Shown here piece by piece: positions 1 through 7,290 of a stretch of 32,919 nucleotides of DNA. Made by a program: the position numbers and the translations under genes. The notes under the pieces are model-generated. The model was given only the letters and a program-made list of their open reading frames with translations. It had not been told where the DNA came from and did no database searches. The stretch comes from a virus (Duplodnaviria; Heunggongvirae; Uroviricota; Caudoviricetes): the IMG/VR virus record IMGVR_UViG_2541047853_000004; one strand, written 5' to 3'. Position 1 is the first letter of the stretch. Each line of letters opens with the position of its first letter.

Positions 1-1053
1 TTACGGGGTAATGCCAACCGCTGCCGCCACTTTGTCGCCACTTGGCAGCGTTGCCAGAGGATTGAAACGGAGCGCCGTTTCCAGATGATCCGGTGCTAGA
101 TGTGCGTAACGCATCGTCATTTTTATATCGTGGTGTCCGAGAATTTTTTGTAAGGCCAGAATGTTTCCACCCGACATCATGAAGTGCGCCGCAAACGTAT
201 GGCGCAGAACGTGTGTGAGTTGACCGCGAGGGAGCACGATAGACGTTTTTTCCATCACGGATAAAAATTGAAAATAGCAGTCTGTGAAGAAATTGAACCC
301 ATCAAGCGCCATGATCTCTTCGTAAAGCTCTTTACTGATAGGGATGCTTCTGTTTTTCTTCCCTTTCGTTCTGACAAAGGTAATTCGGTATTTGGTCACC
401 TGTGAGCGGGTAAGATTTACGGCTTCACGCCAGCGTGCGCCTGTGCTTAAGCATATCTTAACTACCAGTGCCAGAATTGGGTCCTGACGTTTGCAATCAG
501 CCAGCAATTCAACAATCTGCTCATGGGTAAGCCATGCCATCTCTTTTTCTGCGATGGTGAATTTTCGCATGTTCTCCAGTGGGTTCGGATACGACCATTC
601 GCCCAGACGGGATAGTTCGCTAAAAACACTACTTAGATAGCTTTGCTCCAGGTTAATGGTGACCGGGCTGGCTCCTTTCTTCCATTTCTCGCTGAAGTAG
701 ATCTCACCTGTCAGTCGTTTATCTCGATAATGGGCAAACATTTTAGATGTGAGATCGGTTGCAAGGGGATTGCCCAGAGCGTCAACCATCAGCAGCAATT
801 TGTCATAGACATGCTGCCCAGCAGTCAGAGATTTACCATGTAGTTTGAACCATAGTTCAACCACGTCTTTCAGTGTTCGACGATCCACTGATTCACCCAG
901 CCAGGGCTTTGCTTCGGTTTCTTCCATCGTGTGGCGCTCAAAAGCCAGAGCTTCGCCTTTGGTGGCGAATTGTTTACGCACACGACGCCCACTGCGTCCG
1001 GCGGGGTAACATTCGCAAAGCCATTTTCCTGTGGTGAGTTTTCGTACTGCCAT
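1..1053 (-). CDS. int: tyrosine integrase, P2 Int-like
   Basis: 350-aa ORF starting MAVRKL (P2 Int starts MAIKKL by recall). C-terminal catalytic boxes VLRHTFAAH and MRYAHL are present. Start ATG is rc of 1051-1053. Confidence 0.9.
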   Translation of the reverse strand: MAVRKLTTGKWLCECYPAGRSGRRVRKQFATKGEALAFERHTMEETEAKPWLGESVDRRTLKDVVELWFKLHGKSLTAGQHVYDKLLLMVDALGNPLATDLTSKMFAHYRDKRLTGEIYFSEKWKKGASPVTINLEQSYLSSVFSELSRLGEWSYPNPLENMRKFTIAEKEMAWLTHEQIVELLADCKRQDPILALVVKICLSTGARWREAVNLTRSQVTKYRITFVRTKGKKNRSIPISKELYEEIMALDGFNFFTDCYFQFLSVMEKTSIVLPRGQLTHVLRHTFAAHFMMSGGNILALQKILGHHDIKMTMRYAHLAPDHLETALRFNPLATLPSGDKVAAAVGITP

Positions 1054-1054
1054 A

Positions 1055-1083
1055 AAAAATGCCCTCCAGTGGAGAGCATTTTT
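1055..1083 (-). terminator. candidate intrinsic terminator/attenuator immediately upstream of the int start codon
   Basis: Plus-strand aaaaatgccctcc-agt-ggagagcattttt forms a 13-bp stem with one mismatch, flanked by an A-run and a T-run. On the minus strand the U-run ends directly at the int ATG. Confidence 0.35.
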
Positions 1084-1131
1084 ACTGTATGTATAACCAG
1101 TGTCAATGTATGATGCTTGAGGTTACATACA

Positions 1132-1503
1132 TCATAAGTACCGATATGATTGCGGGGCCGTTATGTTATCACCTAATGAACTTAGATGAAGCGGTTGATC
1201 ATAGATTTTTAGATTGCCAATTTCTATAGCAAAGGCTTTTTCTTTGCTATGAAAATATGAGTCAAAAAATTGTTTGCTGATACCTGCGTATTGGCTTGTT
1301 TTTTCCCATACAATACTTGGCTTGTCTTCTATAACATCTGCAATGTCAAATTCAGCAACAACTTTACCGACAGGCATTGTTGAATAAATAACCACAGATT
1401 TTACATCCGGTTTTTTGAAAATTCCTTTTCGGAATTCAAATTTCTTTGTTCCATTAAGGATTTTTTCTACATGCTCTGGGTTAATTGACAATAATACTTT
1501 CAT
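1132..1503 (-). CDS. ASCH-domain (PUA-like fold) protein
   Basis: ORF beginning MKVLLSINPEHVEKILNGTKKFEFRKG...VVIYSTMPVGKVVAEFDIADVIED matches the ASCH pattern as I recall it. Visibly AT-rich. Preferred start is the internal ATG (rc of 1501-1503); the ORF track extends to a TTG at 1515. Overlaps the upstream gene stop. Confidence 0.6.
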   Translation of the reverse strand: MKVLLSINPEHVEKILNGTKKFEFRKGIFKKPDVKSVVIYSTMPVGKVVAEFDIADVIEDKPSIVWEKTSQYAGISKQFFDSYFHSKEKAFAIEIGNLKIYDQPLHLSSLGDNITAPQSYRYL

Positions 1504-2551
1504 TGACGCCACCAAGTTTAATAATGCTATTAAACTGTTCGTTTGTTAACTTCATGATCCCCCAGTAAGCTCGCGGGGATAATCCTACTTCAGAAATAAG
1601 TTTAGCACGATTTAGTCTTTTGGGCAAAGCAAGGTTATATGTAAAGCTTATAATATATGGGTATTTTTTTGTTCTATAAAAACTTTTAAGCTCAGATTCT
1701 GTAAAAACAGAATATCTAGAACAGTAATTTAGAAATTCTTTCTCTGTAACGAAAGAGTTTATATTTCTAACTTTTTCTACTACACATAAAGAAGTAGCAA
1801 CAGAACGGTAATATGCAGGCCCTTGATTATCGGATGTTCGGTATATAACGATTATATCGTTTGGCTTCATTAATTCAACATCTGACATGCCACAAATATA
1901 TACTTTTCTAATGCTATTTGCATATGATACATCAGCAACAACATCTGGTGACTCTGTAATTAATTTTGAGTCAGGGAATAAACGAGTATGAAATACGGGG
2001 TATATTGAAAGCAAGAATTTATTTTCACTGCCTCTGTTATTAATAAATGGATAATCTGACAGTATATCGCCCGTAAGAGCATTACTATTCATTTCTTTTA
2101 TTAGTACTCGCTCTACACCATTTTCAGATTCTTTTACTCCAATATCTATAAAGCCATAGATTTTGAATAGTCTAATTAAGTAGTCATGTTTTTCAAAAAC
2201 AGTCACATATATATTGTTAGCATTATTATCTAGAGCGTGATCGAATATTTTTTTTAAAAATCGTTGACCACGAAGAGTTCCTTTTGGATTAAATTTAAAT
2301 GTTCCAACTTTTAGATGAATACCATCAGGAATATTTGGTTTTGTATCTTCAATGATACCTACTTCTGTTTTTAGATACAAAAAACCATCAATTTTATTTT
2401 GTTCATCATAAAGGACATATGCATAATCATTTGATTTACATTTAGAATGGAACCAATCAATAAACCCATGAGCATAATCGGATTTTAAAGAGTCAAAAAA
2501 AACATCAGAAAAATCTACTTGATTAAAAGGTATGTATTTTAAGTTTTCCAT
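1481..2551 (-). CDS. hypothetical protein: N-terminal GNAT-like acetyltransferase fold fused to a C-terminal PUA/ASCH-like region
   Basis: 356 aa. N-terminal half has a GNAT-like core (LKVGTFKF...LRGQRFLKKIFDHALDNNANNIYVTVF...LFKIYGF). C-terminal half (IIVIYRTSDNQGPAYYRSVATSLCVVEKV...) resembles a PUA-like barrel. AGGA RBS lies 9 nt upstream; start is 2 bp from the upstream gene stop. Very AT-rich. Domain calls are by eye only. Confidence 0.5.
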   Translation of the reverse strand: MENLKYIPFNQVDFSDVFFDSLKSDYAHGFIDWFHSKCKSNDYAYVLYDEQNKIDGFLYLKTEVGIIEDTKPNIPDGIHLKVGTFKFNPKGTLRGQRFLKKIFDHALDNNANNIYVTVFEKHDYLIRLFKIYGFIDIGVKESENGVERVLIKEMNSNALTGDILSDYPFINNRGSENKFLLSIYPVFHTRLFPDSKLITESPDVVADVSYANSIRKVYICGMSDVELMKPNDIIVIYRTSDNQGPAYYRSVATSLCVVEKVRNINSFVTEKEFLNYCSRYSVFTESELKSFYRTKKYPYIISFTYNLALPKRLNRAKLISEVGLSPRAYWGIMKLTNEQFNSIIKLGGVNESIIVN

Positions 2552-2553
2552 GT

Positions 2554-3336
2554 TTACAATCCTATTTTAAAATCACATGATAAGCAAATTGATTTAGTTT
2601 TAGATATGACGGCGAGTGTTTTCCCCGGAGTTTGACAATTAGTACAAACATTCCAATTTTTCGGTTTTCCATCAATCTTATATATGTTGGCTAAAATATC
2701 ATCTAAAGGAAAAAATGTTTTCATCATGTCTATAATGCTTGCTGCATAGTTTTTCTTTGCCTCGACTAATTTTTGTTCAGGCATGTTTTTATCATTTATC
2801 AAGCAATGAACCAGGTTATTAAGAGGCTCTTGATATATCTCCTCTCGAAAAATTAGAAATGCACTTAAAAAGTCTTTACGTATTTCTTTATTATTACTTT
2901 TACCTAAGTGAATTACTTTATTTCTTTCTTTGCGCAAAATATCATAAATTTCATTAAAGCGCGGTGAAAGATTTCGCCCACTGATACTTTGTGCTATTCT
3001 ATGTAGCTCGGTTGCGTCTAATGTTGAACATTCGAAAAATGATTTGTTTTTATAGCAGTCTTTTACTTCTTTTAAAAGTAAATAAACACTATGCTCAGCA
3101 ATTATAGACTTTAGATATATTTCAGCAGAATTAAAGAGTATTACTAAGCCAGATTGAAAGAAACTCTCTTTTTCGGATATTAAGCGTTTCAGTCGTTGTT
3201 CTTCTGTTTCAGGTTGAGCTGGGGCTTGCAATAACTCAATGTCAGAATAAAAGTGTAAGTAGAATGTTTTAATGAAAAACTCAAGGTTCCTTTTGGCATA
3301 AAGAAGCATCTCTTCATTGTTAGGAAGGTCTGTCAT
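2554..3336 (-). CDS. hypothetical protein with HEPN-type Rx4H motif (RNKVIH) and C-terminal CxxC-x16-CxxC zinc ribbon
   Basis: 260 aa. Motif ILRKERNKVIHLG is encoded at 2908-2925 (rc AGA AAT AAA GTA ATT CAC). C-terminal CTNC...CLSC. Start ATG directly follows the cI stop (TAAATG on the minus strand) with an AAGGA RBS. Very AT-rich. Confidence 0.5.
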   Translation of the reverse strand: MTDLPNNEEMLLYAKRNLEFFIKTFYLHFYSDIELLQAPAQPETEEQRLKRLISEKESFFQSGLVILFNSAEIYLKSIIAEHSVYLLLKEVKDCYKNKSFFECSTLDATELHRIAQSISGRNLSPRFNEIYDILRKERNKVIHLGKSNNKEIRKDFLSAFLIFREEIYQEPLNNLVHCLINDKNMPEQKLVEAKKNYAASIIDMMKTFFPLDDILANIYKIDGKPKNWNVCTNCQTPGKTLAVISKTKSICLSCDFKIGL

Positions 3337-4293
3337 TTAAATATCCTTATATATACCAAAACATTTTGCTATTACATTAATATCCGCTAATAGACATTCA
3401 AAAGTTGTACTTTCATTAGATACTTTTACTTTTGCAATTGGAATTCTGGTTAGATCTCTAACACTAAATTTTCCTTCGATTTCAACTAACCATTTTCCAT
3501 CGGTTACTTCATCAAATGCTTTGTCTGCAAGATATACATTTCCTTCATCTACTATAGATATGGGGTTTTTCACCTTGCTGGGTAACATGGTTTTATCAAA
3601 AGGGAGATAATTTGTATCAAACAACATACCATTTATAACTTTTTTCCGTGTGATAGCAATAATATCGCTCTTAGCGTCTTCAAAGACGGGACCATTACCG
3701 GTTGTTAGCCACATTAATGAAGCTCCGGTTTCAAGTGCGCACTGGATGATCCAATCAGCTGGAAAGGTATCTCTCATGTAACGATTGGCTAATGTGCTTT
3801 TTGAAACACCAATGTGATCCGCTAGAGCTTGCCTTGTCTTAAATCCATAGGCGATAACTATTCGCTCGATTGCCGCTTTTCCTCCTTGATTAACCTCAAT
3901 GAGGCTCTCGTTCTTTCGGTGAGTATTGTTCTCATTTGGGGATTTTGTGTCTAAAGTGAGAGAATGAATCTCCTTACCATCTTTATGGTGGTTCTGTTCT
4001 GTATTATGTGTGACAGCCTCTACTGTGTTATCGGTACCAAATGCCAACCATTCAACCGACACGCCAGTTTCCATGCTGCAGATTATGACCCAGTCGGCAG
4101 GGAAGGTATCACGAGCATATCTGTTCGCCATTGTGCTTTGGGATATCCCTAAGTGGTTACAGAATGCTTGACGTGAAGTGAAGCCATAAGCTTTCAAAAT
4201 TCGGTCAATGACCTGTTGCCCTCCACGATTCTGCATGATTACAGTTTTCATTGCATCATCAACATGGCGAAATGTGATTTTGTGTGTTGACAT
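3337..4293 (-). CDS. cI: immunity repressor, 186 CI-type, with tandemly duplicated N-terminal HTH domain
   Basis: 318 aa. Two consecutive copies of the phage CI-repressor HTH signature (ILKAYGFTSRQAFCNHLGISQSTMANRYARDTFPADWVIICSMETGVSVEWLAFG and IVIAYGFKTRQALADHIGVSKSTLANRYMRDTFPADWIIQCALETGASLMWLTTG), then a C-terminal domain. Divergent from apl/cox. Confidence 0.8.
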   Translation of the reverse strand: MSTHKITFRHVDDAMKTVIMQNRGGQQVIDRILKAYGFTSRQAFCNHLGISQSTMANRYARDTFPADWVIICSMETGVSVEWLAFGTDNTVEAVTHNTEQNHHKDGKEIHSLTLDTKSPNENNTHRKNESLIEVNQGGKAAIERIVIAYGFKTRQALADHIGVSKSTLANRYMRDTFPADWIIQCALETGASLMWLTTGNGPVFEDAKSDIIAITRKKVINGMLFDTNYLPFDKTMLPSKVKNPISIVDEGNVYLADKAFDEVTDGKWLVEIEGKFSVRDLTRIPIAKVKVSNESTTFECLLADINVIAKCFGIYKDI

Positions 4294-4381
4294 ATCCGTT
4301 TTGCGATCCTATTCTCCGATTTGTGAAGTTGAAGTCACGATTAAAACCTGCTTATCACAAGACAATAGGAGATGTTGCATC
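4294..4381. promoter_or_regulatory. lysis-lysogeny switch region between cI and apl (face-to-face or divergent promoters and operators expected)
   Basis: 88-bp intergenic region between divergently oriented repressor and excisionase genes. Contains gtgaagttgaagtcac (4323-4338) with a GTGA...TCAC inverted pair. AGGAG RBS for apl at the 3' end. Promoter positions not resolved. Confidence 0.4.
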
Positions 4382-4603
4382 ATGACCCCTAACATTTCAA
4401 TAACTCTGAATACGCCACACGTCACAATTGAGCGTTATAGCGAACTTACTGGTCTTTCGATCGACACAATCAACGATATGCTGGCTGACGGTCGCATCCC
4501 TCGGCATCGCCTTCGGAAAGACAAGAAAAGAGAAAAGGTGATGATCAACCTTGCTGCCCTTACCGTTGATGCACTTACTGATTGCAATGTTGTATTCAAC
4601 TAG
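4382..4603 (+). CDS. apl: Apl/Cox-type excisionase and transcriptional regulator
   Basis: 73-aa basic protein ([43 protein letters not shown]...) at the position of P2 cox / 186 apl. Internal ATG with AGGAG RBS chosen over the longer track ORF. Confidence 0.6.
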   Translation: MTPNISITLNTPHVTIERYSELTGLSIDTINDMLADGRIPRHRLRKDKKREKVMINLAALTVDALTDCNVVFN

Positions 4604-4635
4604 TTCCATTTTGGGATACATCAGGGGTGTCGACC

Positions 4636-5145
4636 ATGTTTGATTACCAAGTTTCCAAACATCCACATTTTGATGAAGCCTGTCGTGCATTCGCATTGCG
4701 CCACAACCTAGTGCAACTGGCAGAACGTGCTGGCATGAATGTGCAGATTCTGCGGAACAAGCTGAACCCAGCTCAACCTCATTTATTAACCGCACCAGAA
4801 ATCTGGCTGCTTACCGATCTGACTGAAGATTCAACGCTGGTAGATGGTTTTCTGGCTCAGATTCACTGCCTGCCATGCGTACCGATTAATGAGGTGGCAA
4901 AAGAGAAACTGCCACATTACGTCATGAGTGCAACCGCAGAGATCGGGCGTGTTGCTGCAGGTGCGGTATCTGGCGATGTAAAAACCAGTGCAGGTCGTCG
5001 TGATGCTATCAGCAGCATTAACTCTGTAACACGACTGATGGCGTTGGCTGCTGTTTCATTGCAGGCCCGTTTACAGGCTAACCCTGCGATGGCGAGTGCA
5101 GTTGATACCGTGACTGGCCTCGGTGCTTCATTCGGTTTGCTGTGA
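4636..5145 (+). CDS. cII: CII-type lysogeny-establishment activator (186 CII-like)
   Basis: [49 protein letters not shown] matches my recollection of the 186 CII N-terminal HTH. Position is directly downstream of apl. Confidence 0.75.
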   Translation: MFDYQVSKHPHFDEACRAFALRHNLVQLAERAGMNVQILRNKLNPAQPHLLTAPEIWLLTDLTEDSTLVDGFLAQIHCLPCVPINEVAKEKLPHYVMSATAEIGRVAAGAVSGDVKTSAGRRDAISSINSVTRLMALAAVSLQARLQANPAMASAVDTVTGLGASFGLL

Positions 5146-5152
5146 GGTGCTT

Positions 5153-5449
5153 ATGCTGACGAAAGAACCATCATTTGCATCGCTGCTGGTAAAGCAAAGT
5201 CCGGCAATGCACTACGGTCACGGCTGGATCATGGGTGAGGATGGAAAACGCTGGCATCCATGTCATTCACAAGATGAATTGCTGTCTGAATTGACCACGA
5301 GGAAACGGAGAAAGTCAAAATGTATGCAGCGGAAAGTGAAGTGGTTTATCAGTTTCGTTACAGAGGGGAGAGTTATTCAGTACCTGAAGATGATTTGCTC
5401 TGTTGTTATCCGTCGTTGTCGGGCGATGGCAGTTACTTTTTCACGCTAA
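5153..5449 (+). CDS. hypothetical early protein (position of 186 fil/dhr-like genes)
   Basis: ATG with GAGGTG RBS 5 nt upstream. The 3' third overlaps the next ORF in another frame, so the true 3' end is uncertain. Confidence 0.4.
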   Translation: MLTKEPSFASLLVKQSPAMHYGHGWIMGEDGKRWHPCHSQDELLSELTTRKRRKSKCMQRKVKWFISFVTEGRVIQYLKMICSVVIRRCRAMAVTFSR

Positions 5450-5544
5450 AGGATGGGACGTTTTTACGGGGAGAGCAGGTTAAAGAGACGATACGAAAAA
5501 ATGTATCTCCTCTTGAACGTTACCGTAAGAACAAAGAACGATAG
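5320..5544 (+). CDS. hypothetical early protein
   Basis: 74-aa ORF MYAAESEVVYQFRYRGESYSVPEDD... with a GGAG-type RBS. Confidence 0.5.
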   Translation: MYAAESEVVYQFRYRGESYSVPEDDLLCCYPSLSGDGSYFFTLKDGTFLRGEQVKETIRKNVSPLERYRKNKER

Positions 5545-5566
5545 TTGCGTTTTGGGGATATGAATT

Positions 5567-5908
5567 ATGGCAATTAATGGCGCTGCGGCGACTGTTCCAT
5601 TAAGCCCCGGTGAACGCCTGAATGGACTTAATCACATTGCGGAGTTAAGGGCGAAAGTTTTTGGTCTGAATATTGAGTCAGAGCTTGAGCGGTTTATTAA
5701 AGATATGCGTGATCCACGCGATATTAATAGCGAACAAAATAAACGGGCACTGGCTGCCATATTCTTTATGGCAAAAATTCCAGCTGAACGTCATAGCATC
5801 AGCATTAATGAGCTGACCACTGACGAAAAGCGGGAGTTGATTAAAGCAATGAATCATTTTCGTGCAGTAGTGAGCTTATTTCCCAGACGGCTAACCATGC
5901 CGAATTAA
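5567..5908 (+). CDS. hypothetical early protein
   Basis: 113-aa ORF in the early rightward operon. No domain recognised. Confidence 0.55.
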   Translation: MAINGAAATVPLSPGERLNGLNHIAELRAKVFGLNIESELERFIKDMRDPRDINSEQNKRALAAIFFMAKIPAERHSISINELTTDEKRELIKAMNHFRAVVSLFPRRLTMPN

Positions 5909-5975
5909 CCAACTAATGAAATTAATGGCGTAAACCCGCCGGGCATCCCTTTATCTAAATTCAGGAGAATTGATT

Positions 5976-6209
5976 ATGCGTAATATTGAAACCCTCTCGA
6001 CCAAAACCGGACCGGATGACGCAGGGCTTAATATTTTACTGACAGAGGCTCGTCTGGAAGAACGCCGGGCAAGGGCTGAAGCAATGGCTGCTCGCCTCGA
6101 TAGCCTGGCGTGTCATATCACATCCCGCCAGCTAAACCACGTCGAAGCGGCAGAACTGCTGCGTGTGACTGCTGAAGCAATCCAGAACGAAGCGCAGGAG
6201 ATCCACTAA
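5976..6209 (+). CDS. hypothetical early protein
   Basis: 77-aa ORF with AGGAGA RBS. ATG at 5976 preferred over the TTG at 5970. Stop overlaps the next start (TAATG). Confidence 0.55.
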   Translation: MRNIETLSTKTGPDDAGLNILLTEARLEERRARAEAMAARLDSLACHITSRQLNHVEAAELLRVTAEAIQNEAQEIH

Positions 6210-6436
6210 TGGCTGATGCAATGGATCTCGTACAGCAGCGCGTTGAAGAAGAACGCCAGCGCCATATCCGTGCTGTCCGTGCCAAAACACCGGGCGTGTC
6301 ACGCGTACTTTGCATTGAATGTGAAGCGCCAATTCCGCCAGCACGACGCCGCGCCATTCCGGGAGTGCAGCTTTGCATTACCTGTCAGGAAATCGCAGAA
6401 CTGAAAGGCAAACATTACAACGGAGGTGCTGTATGA
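6209..6436 (+). CDS. TraR/DksA-family C4 zinc-finger protein
   Basis: CIECEAPIPPARRRAIPGVQLCITCQ is the C4 zinc-finger signature of TraR/DksA-like phage proteins. Confidence 0.7.
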   Translation: MADAMDLVQQRVEEERQRHIRAVRAKTPGVSRVLCIECEAPIPPARRRAIPGVQLCITCQEIAELKGKHYNGGAV

Positions 6437-7290
6437 GCACCATCCTGAAATGGGCGGGAAATAAAACCGCCATTATGGCAGAACTGAAAAAATACCTTCC
6501 TGCTGGCCCGCGACTGGTTGAACCTTTCGCGGGTTCCTGTGCAGTGATGATGGAGACGGATTACCCCAGCTATCTGGTTGCGGATATTAATCCTGATTTA
6601 ATCAACCTCTATAAAAAGGTTGCCGCTGATTGTGAATCGTTTATATCTCGCGCCAGAGTTTTATTTGAGAACGCAAACAGGGAGATGGCTTATTACAACA
6701 TAAGGCAGGAGTTTAATTACTCAACTGAAATTACTGATTTCATGAAAGCGGTATATTTCCTGTATCTCAATCGTCACGGTTACCGTGGTTTATGTCGCTA
6801 TAACAAGAGCGGGTATTTCAACATTCCCTACGGTAATTATAAAAATCCGTATTTCCCTGAAAAAGAAATTCGCGCATTTGCAGAGAAAGCCCAGCGGGCA
6901 ACGTTTATCTGCGCGAGCTTTGATGAAACGCTGGCGATGCTGCAGGTGGGGGATGTGGTGTATTGCGATCCGCCGTATGACGGTACGTTTTCCGGCTATC
7001 ACACTGATGGTTTCACTGAAGATGACCAGTATCACCTGGCATCCATTCTTGAACATCGGTCATCAGAAGGACATCCGGTCATTGTTTCTAACAATGACAC
7101 ATCCCTGATTCGTTCGCTGTATCGCAATTTTACTCACCACTATATCAAGGCAAAACGCAGCATCGGCGTGTCAGCTGGCGAGGGTAAATCTGCAACAGAA
7201 ATCATTGCTGTTTCCGGGCCGAGCTGCTGGTTGGGATTTGATCCTTCGCGTGGCGTGGATAGTTCTGCCGTGTACGGAGTGTGTGTATGA
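6433..7290 (+). CDS. DNA adenine methyltransferase (Dam-like, D12 class N6-MTase)
   Basis: [11 protein letters not shown] start, SAM-binding EPFAGS, catalytic DPPY ([12 protein letters not shown]). No adjacent restriction gene seen. ATG overlaps the upstream stop (ATGA). Confidence 0.85.
   Translation: MSTILKWAGNKTAIMAELKKYLPAGPRLVEPFAGSCAVMMETDYPSYLVADINPDLINLYKKVAADCESFISRARVLFENANREMAYYNIRQEFNYSTEITDFMKAVYFLYLNRHGYRGLCRYNKSGYFNIPYGNYKNPYFPEKEIRAFAEKAQRATFICASFDETLAMLQVGDVVYCDPPYDGTFSGYHTDGFTEDDQYHLASILEHRSSEGHPVIVSNNDTSLIRSLYRNFTHHYIKAKRSIGVSAGEGKSATEIIAVSGPSCWLGFDPSRGVDSSAVYGVCV

Noticed and set aside
4208-4381. N-terminal extension of the apl/cox ORF (track start at 4208)
   Set aside because: It would overlap the cI start and the switch region and begins antisense to cI. 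The internal ATG at 4382 with AGGAG RBS gives a protein of canonical Cox/Apl size.
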